Part shown: in pieces, positions 9,556 through 18,424 of the stretch | Layout: every line of letters begins with the position of its first letter | Position numbering within the stretch: the first letter of the stretch is position 1 | DNA from: Vulcanimicrobiota bacterium | GTDB taxonomy: Bacteria > Vulcanimicrobiota > Xenobia > Xenobiales > JADMJV01 | NCBI GenBank assembly: GCA_050250895.1 | Contig: JBFWNU010000005.1 | Location: 448,001 to 512,000 of the forward strand | Reading direction: 5' to 3' | Length of the DNA: 64,000 nucleotides | Position numbers and translations under genes: made by a program | Notes under the pieces: model-generated | The model's database searches: none | What the model was told of the DNA's origin: nothing | The model's input: only the letters and a program-made list of their open reading frames with translations

Positions 9556-10889
9556 AGGCCTGCTTGGCCAACAGTTTATGGTGGCTCAGCAGTGGACCTG
9601 AACGGGTGGCCTACGAGGCCGCCGCTCGGGACCCCGAGCGGGCCCAGCGGCGCCGCCTGGCGGAGTTGGTTGGCCTTAGCTATGAGCGCTTTGGCGATAC
9701 CTTTCCCCTGGTCGACTTCGAAGACCTCGAGCAAGCCGGCTGGCCCCACCTCGAGGACGTACTGCATTGGCAACCCACCGGGGGCAGTTCTGGAGCCACC
9801 CGCAAGATACCGTATACCCGAGCCCTCAAGGGCGAGTTTCAGCGGGCGGTGGCGGCCTGGATAGGAGACATGTTTTGGCGTCGACCCCGATGGTTGGCCG
9901 GCCGAGCCTACTGGGTCATCACCCCGCCAGTGACCCGCCCCGAGTTAGGTTCATTTGAGGATGACGCCAGCTGTCTGAGCCCGTTGGCCCGGTGGACCCT
10001 CGACTCGGTCCTGGTTCGCCCCGACTATCGGGCCGAATCCTACTGGGTGGACACCGCTCGGGCCCTGTTGGCGGCCCGCGATCTGCGGCTGGTGTCGCTT
10101 TGGAGTCCGACCTACTGGTTGGTGCTGGTCGATTGTATCCGCGCTCTCGGCCTTCGGCCAGCCGCCAGCCAGCCGGCGGAGTGGTGGCCCCGACTGGCGA
10201 CCATCAGCTGCTGGGCTGACGGTCCTTCGCGTGGCTATGCCCGTCAACTGGCCAGCCTCTTCCCGCAAGTCGAGATCGTGCCCAAAGGTTTGCTGGCCAC
10301 CGAAGGGGTGGTTACCATCCCAATCGCTGGTCGGCGTCCTCTGGCTTTGCGCAGCCACTTCTTCGAATTCGAGCGGCAGGGCCGGATCTATCCCGTCTGG
10401 CAACTCGAGCAGGGGCGAGAGTACGGTGTGCTGCTCACTACCGGTGGTGGTCTGCGTCGCTATCGGCTGGGGGATCGGGTGCGGGTCGACGGCTTCTATC
10501 GAGCCACTCCCAGCCTGGCCTTTCTTGGTCGCGATCAGGTGGCCGACCGCTGTGGCGAGAAGCTGCATTTTGGTCACGTCGCCCGGGCCCTCGAGTCGTT
10601 CGCGTTCGCCATGCTGGCCTTTGAAGACGGAGGCTACGTGCTCTTTTACGAGGGCCCCGAAGACGATCCGGTGGCTCGGGTGGAAGGCGAGTTGCTGGCC
10701 AATTTTCATTACCGCCACTGCCTGGACCTGGGCCAATTGCGGCCTTTGCGAGGCTTTGAGCTAACAGGCGGCGCCAGCCAGTACCTGCGGATTTGTCAGC
10801 GGTTGGGCCAGCGGCTGGGCGAGGTCAAGCCGATGCCCCTTCACCCCTACGAAATGTGGTCGACGGCTTTCGAAGGCAGGTGGGTGTAG
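9552..10889 (+). CDS. GH3-family acyl-adenylate-forming amide ligase
   Basis: PTGGSSGATRKIPYT phosphate loop, LATEG, SHFFEF, TTGGGLRRYRLGD, FLGR and GEKL motifs. Start set at GTG 9552 overlapping the upstream TGA. Confidence 0.85.
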   Translation: MKACLANSLWWLSSGPERVAYEAAARDPERAQRRRLAELVGLSYERFGDTFPLVDFEDLEQAGWPHLEDVLHWQPTGGSSGATRKIPYTRALKGEFQRAVAAWIGDMFWRRPRWLAGRAYWVITPPVTRPELGSFEDDASCLSPLARWTLDSVLVRPDYRAESYWVDTARALLAARDLRLVSLWSPTYWLVLVDCIRALGLRPAASQPAEWWPRLATISCWADGPSRGYARQLASLFPQVEIVPKGLLATEGVVTIPIAGRRPLALRSHFFEFERQGRIYPVWQLEQGREYGVLLTTGGGLRRYRLGDRVRVDGFYRATPSLAFLGRDQVADRCGEKLHFGHVARALESFAFAMLAFEDGGYVLFYEGPEDDPVARVEGELLANFHYRHCLDLGQLRPLRGFELTGGASQYLRICQRLGQRLGEVKPMPLHPYEMWSTAFEGRWV

Positions 10890-11716
10890 TTTCGTTGGGT
10901 GCGCACCTCGGCCACTCGGGCCTGGTAGCGCACCGACTGGAAATGCTCCTCCGTGCTTTTTCCCAGCGGCAAAACCATCTCGCCCGGTCGCCAGCCGAAA
11001 GGCTCATCGCCCTGGCGAACGCGACCCTCGTCGAGAGCGCGCGAGGCCTCGGCCAGGCCAAGAGGCATGAGATCCCGTACCAGGGCTTCGAACTCGCCCT
11101 GGCGTTCGGCCTCGAAAAAGCGAAAGGCTCGGGAGTAGAGGAAGGCATTGTGAAAATACTCCGGCACGGCCACGAGGGCGTCGAGCTTCATTTCGCGCAC
11201 ATAGCGCAACATCAGGGCCGTCGCCTGACGAAAGACCCCTAACCCGGGACACTCCTGGCCGGGTAGGGGAGGGCGTGAAAAGCTGGCCATGGGGTCCTGC
11301 AAGCTGATCCAATCCCACACCAGAGCATTCAGCGAGTATTGGCGGAGGCTGTCGGGACAAGAGCCCTCCAGTTGGCCCCGGTGGGTGCGAATGTCCATCA
11401 GCATCTGAGGTTGCTCGGCCCGGGGGTGGACCCCCCACAGCAAGAACCGATCTTCGAAGTGGACATGGCTGGTGGCGTCCGGATAAAAGTCGGTGTAGCC
11501 CCGTTGGCGGATCGAGTCGAGGATGCCGCTCTCTTGCAGGTCTTCCATCACTCGTTCCGGATTAAAAGCGCCAAAAAGAAGAGGCGAACTCTCGTGGCGA
11601 ACCAGGGTGCTCAACAACTCGTCGTCGTTGAGCGACCAGTCGAGTTCAAGCTGGTTGAGCCGAACCGGTCTCAAGTGGCGGAACGTTTCGCGCAGGCGCG
11701 ACAATCCGACTTTCAC
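10847..11716 (-). CDS. hypothetical protein resembling the C-terminal accessory domain of some bacterial HDAC-family proteins
   Basis: Motifs WISLQDP...RPPLPGQECPGLG and PEYFHNA. GTG 11716 overlaps the stop of the SGNH gene. The family resemblance is from memory. Confidence 0.6.
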   Translation of the reverse strand: MKVGLSRLRETFRHLRPVRLNQLELDWSLNDDELLSTLVRHESSPLLFGAFNPERVMEDLQESGILDSIRQRGYTDFYPDATSHVHFEDRFLLWGVHPRAEQPQMLMDIRTHRGQLEGSCPDSLRQYSLNALVWDWISLQDPMASFSRPPLPGQECPGLGVFRQATALMLRYVREMKLDALVAVPEYFHNAFLYSRAFRFFEAERQGEFEALVRDLMPLGLAEASRALDEGRVRQGDEPFGWRPGEMVLPLGKSTEEHFQSVRYQARVAEVRTQRNYTHLPSKAVDHIS

Positions 11717-12396
11717 GGAATGGCCTCCCAGAAACAGCGGCGGATCTCTGAAGCCCCGCGCGGATTTGGCTCGATATCCATCTTGAACCAGCCGCTGGCG
11801 TCGCGGGCATCGTGATGCTGGTAATCCTCGTCGGCGTGGCGTATGCCGTGGCCTAGAAAGTGGCCATGCAGGTCGACCACATCGCGGTCGAATAGGCGTT
11901 TTAGCAAAGCGTTGGCTTGTTCGAGCAAGGCCGGGGCCGTGGGTACTTCGCGCCCGCTCTGGAACCGGCCGGTTCCATCGGTGGGATCGTAGATGTTGCC
12001 CCAACGGGTGACGCGCCTGGGATAGAGGCGGTCGAGGCGAGCTTTGAGGGCGAGCAGGTCGGTCTCGAGTTGGGAGAGACCCTGCTCGGCCGGGGTCTGC
12101 TCCATGACCCAGTGGAGCAGGTCGTTGCCTCCGACCGTGACGACCACCAGGCTCAAGACCCGCACTGGGGGTAGGCCCTCGAGTCGGGACAGGAGGTCCT
12201 TGACCCGCCAGCCGGTGCGGGCTACCACGTTCGAAGTGAGACCTTTGCGACGGGTGCGCAGGTCGCGGCCGCGAAAGTCAGGAAAACGCATGTCGTCATT
12301 GGTCAACAGGAGAGAGGCAGCCCCCAACCCGGGGCCGGGAAAGTCGTCGCTGAGGATGCTGTCCCCCAGGCCAGCGAAGTGGCCGAACTCCATCAT
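11713..12396 (-). CDS. SGNH/GDSL hydrolase
   Basis: GLGDS block I, TVGGND block III, and DIEPN at the DxHPN position. Start ATG 12396. Confidence 0.8.
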   Translation of the reverse strand: MMEFGHFAGLGDSILSDDFPGPGLGAASLLLTNDDMRFPDFRGRDLRTRRKGLTSNVVARTGWRVKDLLSRLEGLPPVRVLSLVVVTVGGNDLLHWVMEQTPAEQGLSQLETDLLALKARLDRLYPRRVTRWGNIYDPTDGTGRFQSGREVPTAPALLEQANALLKRLFDRDVVDLHGHFLGHGIRHADEDYQHHDARDASGWFKMDIEPNPRGASEIRRCFWEAIP

Positions 12397-12478
12397 GGAA
12401 ACGCTTTTCTCTTTGTCTGGGCGGATTCCCCCAGGACTTTGGCGAAGGTCAGGCCCAATCGTTTCCGGAGGTGGCCCC

Positions 12479-12766
12479 ATGGCTGAGATGGACTCTTTTG
12501 AATGGATGCAGGCGGAGGGTTTCTTTGAGGACCCGGCCATTGCCAACGCCGTCAAACGCATGCGGCCCGACCTCAAAAAAGTCGAGGCGTTGCGCGACCG
12601 AGCCGAAGAGATGGGGCTCAAGCCGCACTCCAACCTCACGGTCGAGTTCTTCCTCGAGTCGATGGACACGTATGTCCAGTTTCTCATCTCTCACCGCTAT
12701 GTCATGAAAGCCTTGATGGAGCGGACCATTCGCGAAGAGAGCGGCATTGACCAGGAACAATCCTGA
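12479..12766 (+). CDS. small hypothetical protein (95 aa)
   Basis: GGAGG RBS before ATG 12479, globular composition, overlaps the next gene. Confidence 0.65.
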   Translation: MAEMDSFEWMQAEGFFEDPAIANAVKRMRPDLKKVEALRDRAEEMGLKPHSNLTVEFFLESMDTYVQFLISHRYVMKALMERTIREESGIDQEQS

Positions 12767-14171
12767 CGCCATCGTGGTCGGCTCTGGCCCCAATGGGCTG
12801 GCGGCGGCCATCACTCTGGCCCGAGCCGGGCGTTCGGTGCGAGTCTATGAAGCCGCTTCCACCGTGGGTGGAGGCATGCGCAGTCAAGAACTGACGCTAC
12901 CGGGCTTCATCCATGATGTCTGCTCGGCTATCCACCCCTTCGGAGTGGCTTCTCCCTTTTTGCGCGGGTTGCCGCTGCAGGACTACGGACTGGAGTGGAT
13001 TCATCCCGAGGTGCCGGTGGCCCATCCTTTGCCCGACGGGCGCGCCGCCCTCATGCATCGCGACCTGGAGCAGACGGTGGGCGGGCTTGGAATGGATGGC
13101 CCGGCCTACCGACGCCTGATGGAGCCGGTGGTCCGGCTGTGGCCGCTGGCCGAGTCATCCTTGTTGGGGCCGGTGCTGCGCTTTCCCAGGCACCCCCTGG
13201 CGGTTACGGCCATCGGACTGCGGGCCCTGGTGCCGACGGCCTGGTTTGGTCGCTACTTTCGTGAACCGCTAGCCCCGGCTTTGATGGCTGGCCTGGCCGG
13301 TCATTCGTTGTTGCCCATGGAGGCGCTGGGCTCTTCGGCTGTGGCCATCGTGTTGGGTGGGTTGGCTCACCAGGTGGGTTGGCCCATGGCGGCCGGCGGC
13401 AGTCAGCAGATCGCCGAGGCGATGATGGGCTATCTCAAGGCTCTGGGTGGTGAGGTGGTGACCGACACTTCGGTGGAGAGTCTCGGGCAACTGGGCCAGG
13501 CCCGGGCTGTGCTTTTCGACACCGGTCCCCGGGCCGCCGCTCGACTACTAGAAGGTCACATCTCCAACTCGGTTCACCAATCGCTACTGCGGTTTCGCCT
13601 GGGTCCGGGGGCTTTCAAGGTCGACTATGCCCTGGACGGCCCCATCCCCTGGCGTGCCCCCGAGTGCGCCCGCGCTGGCACCGTGCACGTGGGTGGAACA
13701 CTCCAGGAGATCGCTCGCAGCGAGGCCCAGGTCGCCCGGGGCATAGAACCGGATCAGCCCTATTTGCTACTGGCTCAGCAGAGCTTGTTCGATCCTTCGC
13801 GGTCCCCCTCCGGAAAGCACACCTGCTGGGCCTACTGCCACGTTCCCCACGGCAGCCGGGTGGACATGGAAGACCGGATCACGGACCAGATAGAGCGCTT
13901 CGCCCCTGGCTTTCGTGACCGTATCCTGGCCAGCCACGCCACGGACCCCGCCAGCTTCGAGAGCTATAACGCCAACTATGTGGGCGGCGATGTGGTCGGC
14001 GGTTCGAACGCCATCTGGTCCATCGTGGCCCGACCTCGGCTTGCGTTAGACCCTTACTTCTTGGGTCAGCGCTACTTTCTGTGTTCGGCCTCGACGCCGC
14101 CTGGCGGTGGGGTTCATGGGATGTGTGGCTACCACGCCGCCCGTTCGGCCTTAGTTCGAGCGTTCGGCTAG
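12747..14171 (+). CDS. phytoene-desaturase-like NAD(P)/FAD-dependent oxidoreductase
   Basis: VVGSGPNGLAAA dinucleotide-binding motif, HDVCSAIHP, C-terminal STPPGGGVHGMCG. Confidence 0.85.
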   Translation: MTRNNPDAIVVGSGPNGLAAAITLARAGRSVRVYEAASTVGGGMRSQELTLPGFIHDVCSAIHPFGVASPFLRGLPLQDYGLEWIHPEVPVAHPLPDGRAALMHRDLEQTVGGLGMDGPAYRRLMEPVVRLWPLAESSLLGPVLRFPRHPLAVTAIGLRALVPTAWFGRYFREPLAPALMAGLAGHSLLPMEALGSSAVAIVLGGLAHQVGWPMAAGGSQQIAEAMMGYLKALGGEVVTDTSVESLGQLGQARAVLFDTGPRAAARLLEGHISNSVHQSLLRFRLGPGAFKVDYALDGPIPWRAPECARAGTVHVGGTLQEIARSEAQVARGIEPDQPYLLLAQQSLFDPSRSPSGKHTCWAYCHVPHGSRVDMEDRITDQIERFAPGFRDRILASHATDPASFESYNANYVGGDVVGGSNAIWSIVARPRLALDPYFLGQRYFLCSASTPPGGGVHGMCGYHAARSALVRAFG

Positions 14172-14248
14172 AAGGAATTCGGCTTGCGAGAACGTAGAGA
14201 CAGGTCCCCGACGAAGCGGGGATCCTACGTTTGAAAGGGTGGACATCC

Positions 14249-14536
14249 GTGACTAAGACTGAACTCGTAAAAGAACTCGCCGAGAGGACCGACCTCTCTC
14301 AGACCAAAGCTTCTGAAGTGGTAGACGCAATTTTCGACGCCACTGGCGGCATCATTGCCAGCCAGCTCGGTAAAGGCGAAAAAGTCGTGGTTCCCGGTTT
14401 CGGCTCGTTCTTGAGCCGTCACCGCAAAGCCCGCGAGGCCCGCAACCCCGCGACCGGCAAGAAAGTCAAAGTGAAGGCCAAGAACTATCCGGTTTTCAAG
14501 GCCGGTAAAACCCTCAAGGACAAAGTCGAAGGCTAA
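14249..14536 (+). CDS. hup: histone-like DNA-binding protein HU
   Basis: MTKTELVKELA, PGFGSF, RKAREARNPATG and PVFKAGKTLKD. GTG start at 14249. Confidence 0.95.
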   Translation: MTKTELVKELAERTDLSQTKASEVVDAIFDATGGIIASQLGKGEKVVVPGFGSFLSRHRKAREARNPATGKKVKVKAKNYPVFKAGKTLKDKVEG

Positions 14537-14559
14537 TACTCTCGTCAGTTTGCGAGGGG

Positions 14560-14586
14560 GGGGCGCAGGGGTAGGCGCCCCTTTTT
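14560..14586 (+). terminator. intrinsic terminator after hup
   Basis: GGGGCGC-8 nt-GCGCCCC followed by TTTTT. Confidence 0.8.
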
Positions 14587-14744
14587 ATTCTCAAACCCCC
14601 ACTATCGGATGTCCCCGTTCCAAACCGTGCCAGGTCTCGCGACCTGGCCGCTTCATTTTGGCTGACCAACTGTTCAAAGCGTGGTTACATTCAGCCTGGG
14701 CGCTTGGCGTATTTTAAGCACGATTTCAGTCTCGGAGGAGTCCC

Positions 14745-16838
14745 ATGATCGTCGCCAGCCCGCCCGTGACCAGCCCTCGCCCGGCCGCCCCCCCGCCGAC
14801 CCGCCAGGAGCCGGTGGTCGACAACTATCACGGCACGGCGGTGGTGGACAGATTTCGCTGGCTGGAGGATGGAGAAAGCGACGAAACCAAGCAGTGGGTC
14901 GAAGCGCAGAACGCCTATTCTAGCAACTATCTGCAGAGTCTGCCCTTTCGCCCTCGGTTAACCGAACGGCTGCGCCAGCTGTTGACCATCGGTGGCGTGG
15001 GCTTTCCCCAAACCCGCGAGAACGGCCAGTTCTTTTTGCGCCGCGACGGCAACCAGAATCAGGCTGTGCTGGTCAAGCGCGACCCGGCCGGAGCCGAGAC
15101 GGTGCTGGTCGACCCCAACGGCTGGTCGGATCAGGGCATCGAGGCCATGGACTGGCACTACATCAGCCCCAAAGGCACCTACGTAGTGTATGGGCGCTCG
15201 ACCGGCGGCGACGAGTGGAGCACCCTTAAAGTCCTCGACAGCGCGACCGGGGAGCACCTGGCCGACGAGATCCCTCGCACCCGCGCGGCCAGCCTCGCCT
15301 GGCTGCCCGACGAGAGCGGCTTTTACTACACTCGCTATCCCGAGCCCGGCAGTGTGCCTCCCGGCCAGGAAAACTACAATCGTCATGTCTTCTTCCATCA
15401 GCTGGGGACCGACCCGGCTCAGGACCCCAAGGTCTTCGGCGAGGGGCTCGATCCTCAGGCCTGGCCTAACGTGTCTCTATCCGAGGACGGCCGCCACCTC
15501 ATGCTGTCGATCTCGCAGGGCTGGACGCGCAACGATGTGCAGGTGCTCGATCGCGAAACCGGCGAGGTCAAGCCGCTCATCGTGGGCAAGAATGCTCAGT
15601 TCAGCGGATACGTCGAAGGCGACTCGGCCTATCTGATGACCGATCTCGACGCGCCCCGTAAGCGGCTCATCAAGGTCGACCTCAACAATCCGGCCGAAGA
15701 GAACTGGGTCGAGCTGTTGCCTCAACAGGACGGCGCCGTGCTCGAGAGCTTCGCTACCGTAGGCGACCACATGTACGCAACCTATCTCAAGAACGCCGCC
15801 TCGGAGATCCAGAAGTTCAGCCTGGAGGGGCAGCCCGAAGGCAGTCTCGAGTTACCTGGGATCGGTTCTGTGGGCGGGCTGGCGGAAGGCAACGAAGGCG
15901 AGCTGCTCTATTCGTTCAGTTCGTTCAATCGGCCCACCACGATCTATCGCCTCGATACCGAGACCGGCGAAACGGATACCTGGGCCGAAGTCGACGCCGG
16001 TATCAATCCGGAGGACTTCGAAGTGCACCAGGAGTGGTTCCGCAGTATCGACGGCACGCGAGTGCCGATGTTCGTGGCCCACAAGAAGGGCCTGGAACTC
16101 GACGGCCAACATCCCACCGTGCTCTACGGTTATGGCGGCTTTGACGTCAACATGACCCCCCATTTCTCGAAGAGCACAGTGCAGTGGCTCGAAAATGGAG
16201 GAGTCTATGCCGTGGCCAATCTGCGCGGCGGTGGCGAATTCGGCTCGGAATGGCACAAAGACGGCATGCTCGACCAGAAGCAAAACGTCTTCGATGATTT
16301 CATCTCGGCAGGCCAGTACCTGATCAAGCACGGCTACACCAAGCCCGACAAGTTAGCCGCCATGGGTGGCAGCAACGGCGGTCTTTTGGTCGGGGCGGCC
16401 GTCACCCAGGCTCCCGAACTGTTCGACTCCGCCATCTGTGCCGTCCCCTTGCTCGACATGCTACGCTACGATCAATTCGGCATCGCCCAGTTGTGGGTCC
16501 CCGAATATGGCACCAGCGCCAACGAGACCCAGTTCAGCTACATCAAGGACTACTCTCCTTACCAGCATGTCAAGAACGGCGTCGATTATCCGGCCACCCT
16601 CTTCATGAGCGGCGCCCGCGACAGTCGGACCGATCCCCTCCACGCTCGCAAGATGGCCGCCGAGATGCAGGGTGGCCACACCGGCCCTGACCCGATCATG
16701 CTTCGAGTCGAAGAGAACGCTGGCCACGGCGCTGGCAAACCCATCGGCAAACAGATCGAAGCCGAGGCCGACAAGTGGGCCTTCCTCTACGACCAGATGG
16801 AGGTCAATCCGACCTTCGTGACCCCCAGGAAAGACTGA
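14745..16838 (+). CDS. prolyl oligopeptidase (S9A)
   Basis: DRFRWLED, YGYGGF, NLRGGGEFG, GGSNGG nucleophile, D(SR) and AGHG; strong GGAGGAG RBS. Confidence 0.95.
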   Translation: MIVASPPVTSPRPAAPPPTRQEPVVDNYHGTAVVDRFRWLEDGESDETKQWVEAQNAYSSNYLQSLPFRPRLTERLRQLLTIGGVGFPQTRENGQFFLRRDGNQNQAVLVKRDPAGAETVLVDPNGWSDQGIEAMDWHYISPKGTYVVYGRSTGGDEWSTLKVLDSATGEHLADEIPRTRAASLAWLPDESGFYYTRYPEPGSVPPGQENYNRHVFFHQLGTDPAQDPKVFGEGLDPQAWPNVSLSEDGRHLMLSISQGWTRNDVQVLDRETGEVKPLIVGKNAQFSGYVEGDSAYLMTDLDAPRKRLIKVDLNNPAEENWVELLPQQDGAVLESFATVGDHMYATYLKNAASEIQKFSLEGQPEGSLELPGIGSVGGLAEGNEGELLYSFSSFNRPTTIYRLDTETGETDTWAEVDAGINPEDFEVHQEWFRSIDGTRVPMFVAHKKGLELDGQHPTVLYGYGGFDVNMTPHFSKSTVQWLENGGVYAVANLRGGGEFGSEWHKDGMLDQKQNVFDDFISAGQYLIKHGYTKPDKLAAMGGSNGGLLVGAAVTQAPELFDSAICAVPLLDMLRYDQFGIAQLWVPEYGTSANETQFSYIKDYSPYQHVKNGVDYPATLFMSGARDSRTDPLHARKMAAEMQGGHTGPDPIMLRVEENAGHGAGKPIGKQIEAEADKWAFLYDQMEVNPTFVTPRKD

Positions 16839-16841
16839 CCC

Positions 16842-17390
16842 ATTCTCGAGCTTCTGGCCACCTTGCTGCAGTTGGCGGGCGTCTATCTGACGACCCGTCT
16901 TCAGGCTTGGTGTTGGCCGGTGGGAGCGGCCGGTGTGGCGCTGGCCGCGGTCGTCTTCTTTGAGGCCCGACTCTACGGTGAGGTGGGCCTCAACCTGCTC
17001 TATTTCGGACTGCAACTCTACGGCTGGTACTACTGGACCCGGGGGGTAGGGGAACAAACCCCGGGGGTGAGCGAGCTCAAGCACTGGGGGCGCTGTTGGG
17101 GCGCTCTGCTGGTGGGTGGCTACGCCCTTGGCGCGTTGCTCAGCCTGACGCCTTCGGATGTTCCCTTTTGGGACGGCTACACCACCGCCGCCAGCCTGGT
17201 GGCTCAGGTGCTCATGACCCGCAAGATTCGCCACTGCTGGCTGTGGTGGATAGCGGTGGATGCGGTCTACATCGGCCTTTTCGCATATAAGGGCCTCTTC
17301 CTTTTCTCGCTGCTCTCGGGCATCTATCTCTGGTTGGCCTGGCTGGGGTGGCGCAGTTGGGGTGATTCGGATATTGACACTGTTATATAA
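16842..17390 (+). CDS. pnuC: nicotinamide riboside/vitamin transporter PnuC (start uncertain)
   Basis: YGWYYW, PFWDGYTT, AQVLMTRK and WLWWIAVD motifs; hydrophobic throughout. The start anomaly is discussed in findings. Confidence 0.8.
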   Translation: MLELLATLLQLAGVYLTTRLQAWCWPVGAAGVALAAVVFFEARLYGEVGLNLLYFGLQLYGWYYWTRGVGEQTPGVSELKHWGRCWGALLVGGYALGALLSLTPSDVPFWDGYTTAASLVAQVLMTRKIRHCWLWWIAVDAVYIGLFAYKGLFLFSLLSGIYLWLAWLGWRSWGDSDIDTVI

Positions 17391-17402
17391 CAGTGTTATG
17401 AT
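17374..17402 (+). promoter_or_regulatory. sigma70 promoter with 20-bp palindromic operator
   Basis: TTGACA(17374)-17 bp-TATGAT(17397); perfect palindrome ACACTGTTAT/ATAACAGTGT at 17377-17396. Confidence 0.85.
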
Positions 17403-17432
17403 GGGCTCATCGAAACCCGAAGGAGCCCGAAG

Positions 17433-18392
17433 ATGATTCTCACCCAGACCACTGCCCCCAAAGTTTCCCCGGCCTGCCGCCTGACCAGTCTGTTGGAGCT
17501 TACCGGCCAGGGCGAGCAGCGGGTCGCTCTCGACCTGCCTGTAGTGGGCCTGAAGGCCGAGCTGGCTGGTTGTCTGCAAGTGGGACGCCTGGCCGACGCC
17601 GCCGCCGCTCGCTGTCGCTTCGATTTCGCCGTCCAGCAGGGCCGCGCGGCCGTGTTGGTCGAGCGCCCTCGCGGCGGAGGATTGGCTATCCGTTGGTCCG
17701 GCCCGGCCCGGGTGACCCTCGAGACCAGCTTTCCCGGCAGTGACGATGGTTGGAACGACCTGCTCGAGTGGGAACATCGTTTCGCCAAAGGTCAAAACGA
17801 TAGTCTCGAGTGGGCCATCACCGCCTCGGTGTCCAGCCAGATGCTGGGTCGGTTCACTGCCTGGCTGGCCGAAGAACCGGCCCCCCTTGATTGGCAAGAG
17901 GATGGTCCGGCGCTGGCTGCCCGGGTGGTCGCCGCCGTAGAAGAGACTTTCCGGATGGACCACGAGCGCAAAGCTACGCTGGCCCAGAAAGTGGCCGAAG
18001 ACCTCTTGCTCGAGCGCGGCTTTGACCGCGGCAGCGTCGACGAGATCCTGGCTCAGGCCAGTCAGCGTGCGGGTCGGGCCCGCCAGCAGCGGGCCGGCCT
18101 TATGCCTCGCGCTGGCCTGGTCACTCCGGTGGAAGAAGAACCCGCCGTGCAGCCGAGTCCGGCTCAGGCCCTGACCCGGCTGGTCGACGGACTTTTGCTG
18201 GCCTCGCCCGAGAGCCAGCGCGAGATGGTAGTAGAAAGCGTCGTCTGGCTCGACCGGATTTGCGACCAGGCCAGTCTGACGGCCGCCGCTGCGGGGCTCC
18301 ATTACCAGGGAACTCAACTGCTGGTCAACGGACTTAAAGGACTCAAGAGCTGGAAGACGCGTCTCGAGGCCTTTCTGGCTCGCCTGGTTTGA
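17433..18392 (+). CDS. hypothetical protein (319 aa), first gene of the MerR/VIT module
   Basis: AAGGAG RBS, directly downstream of the operator-bearing promoter; no recognised family. Confidence 0.65.
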   Translation: MILTQTTAPKVSPACRLTSLLELTGQGEQRVALDLPVVGLKAELAGCLQVGRLADAAAARCRFDFAVQQGRAAVLVERPRGGGLAIRWSGPARVTLETSFPGSDDGWNDLLEWEHRFAKGQNDSLEWAITASVSSQMLGRFTAWLAEEPAPLDWQEDGPALAARVVAAVEETFRMDHERKATLAQKVAEDLLLERGFDRGSVDEILAQASQRAGRARQQRAGLMPRAGLVTPVEEEPAVQPSPAQALTRLVDGLLLASPESQREMVVESVVWLDRICDQASLTAAAAGLHYQGTQLLVNGLKGLKSWKTRLEAFLARLV

Positions 18393-18417
18393 CACTGTCA
18401 TATGACAGTTCTATAAT
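18389..18417 (+). promoter_or_regulatory. consensus sigma70 promoter with palindromic operator
   Basis: TTGACA(18389)-17 bp-TATAAT(18412); perfect palindrome ACTGTCAT/ATGACAGT at 18394-18409. Confidence 0.9.
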
Positions 18418-18424
18418 GCCTCAC

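Noticed and set aside
12747-14171. Carotenoid or hopanoid biosynthesis cluster around the phytoene-desaturase-like gene and the B12-radical SAM genes
   Set aside because: No phytoene/squalene synthase, cyclase or prenyltransferase in the window, so crtI or hpn names cannot be supported.
16800-16863. Riboswitch or other leader upstream of pnuC
   Set aside because: There is no intergenic space; pnuC abuts the peptidase stop codon.
16461-18401. 646-aa minus-strand ORF, and similar long antisense ORFs (e.g. 23038-24345, 36732-37769, 57506-58912)
   Set aside because: They overlap well-supported genes on the opposite strand and lack recognisable motifs; they are typical high-GC shadow frames.
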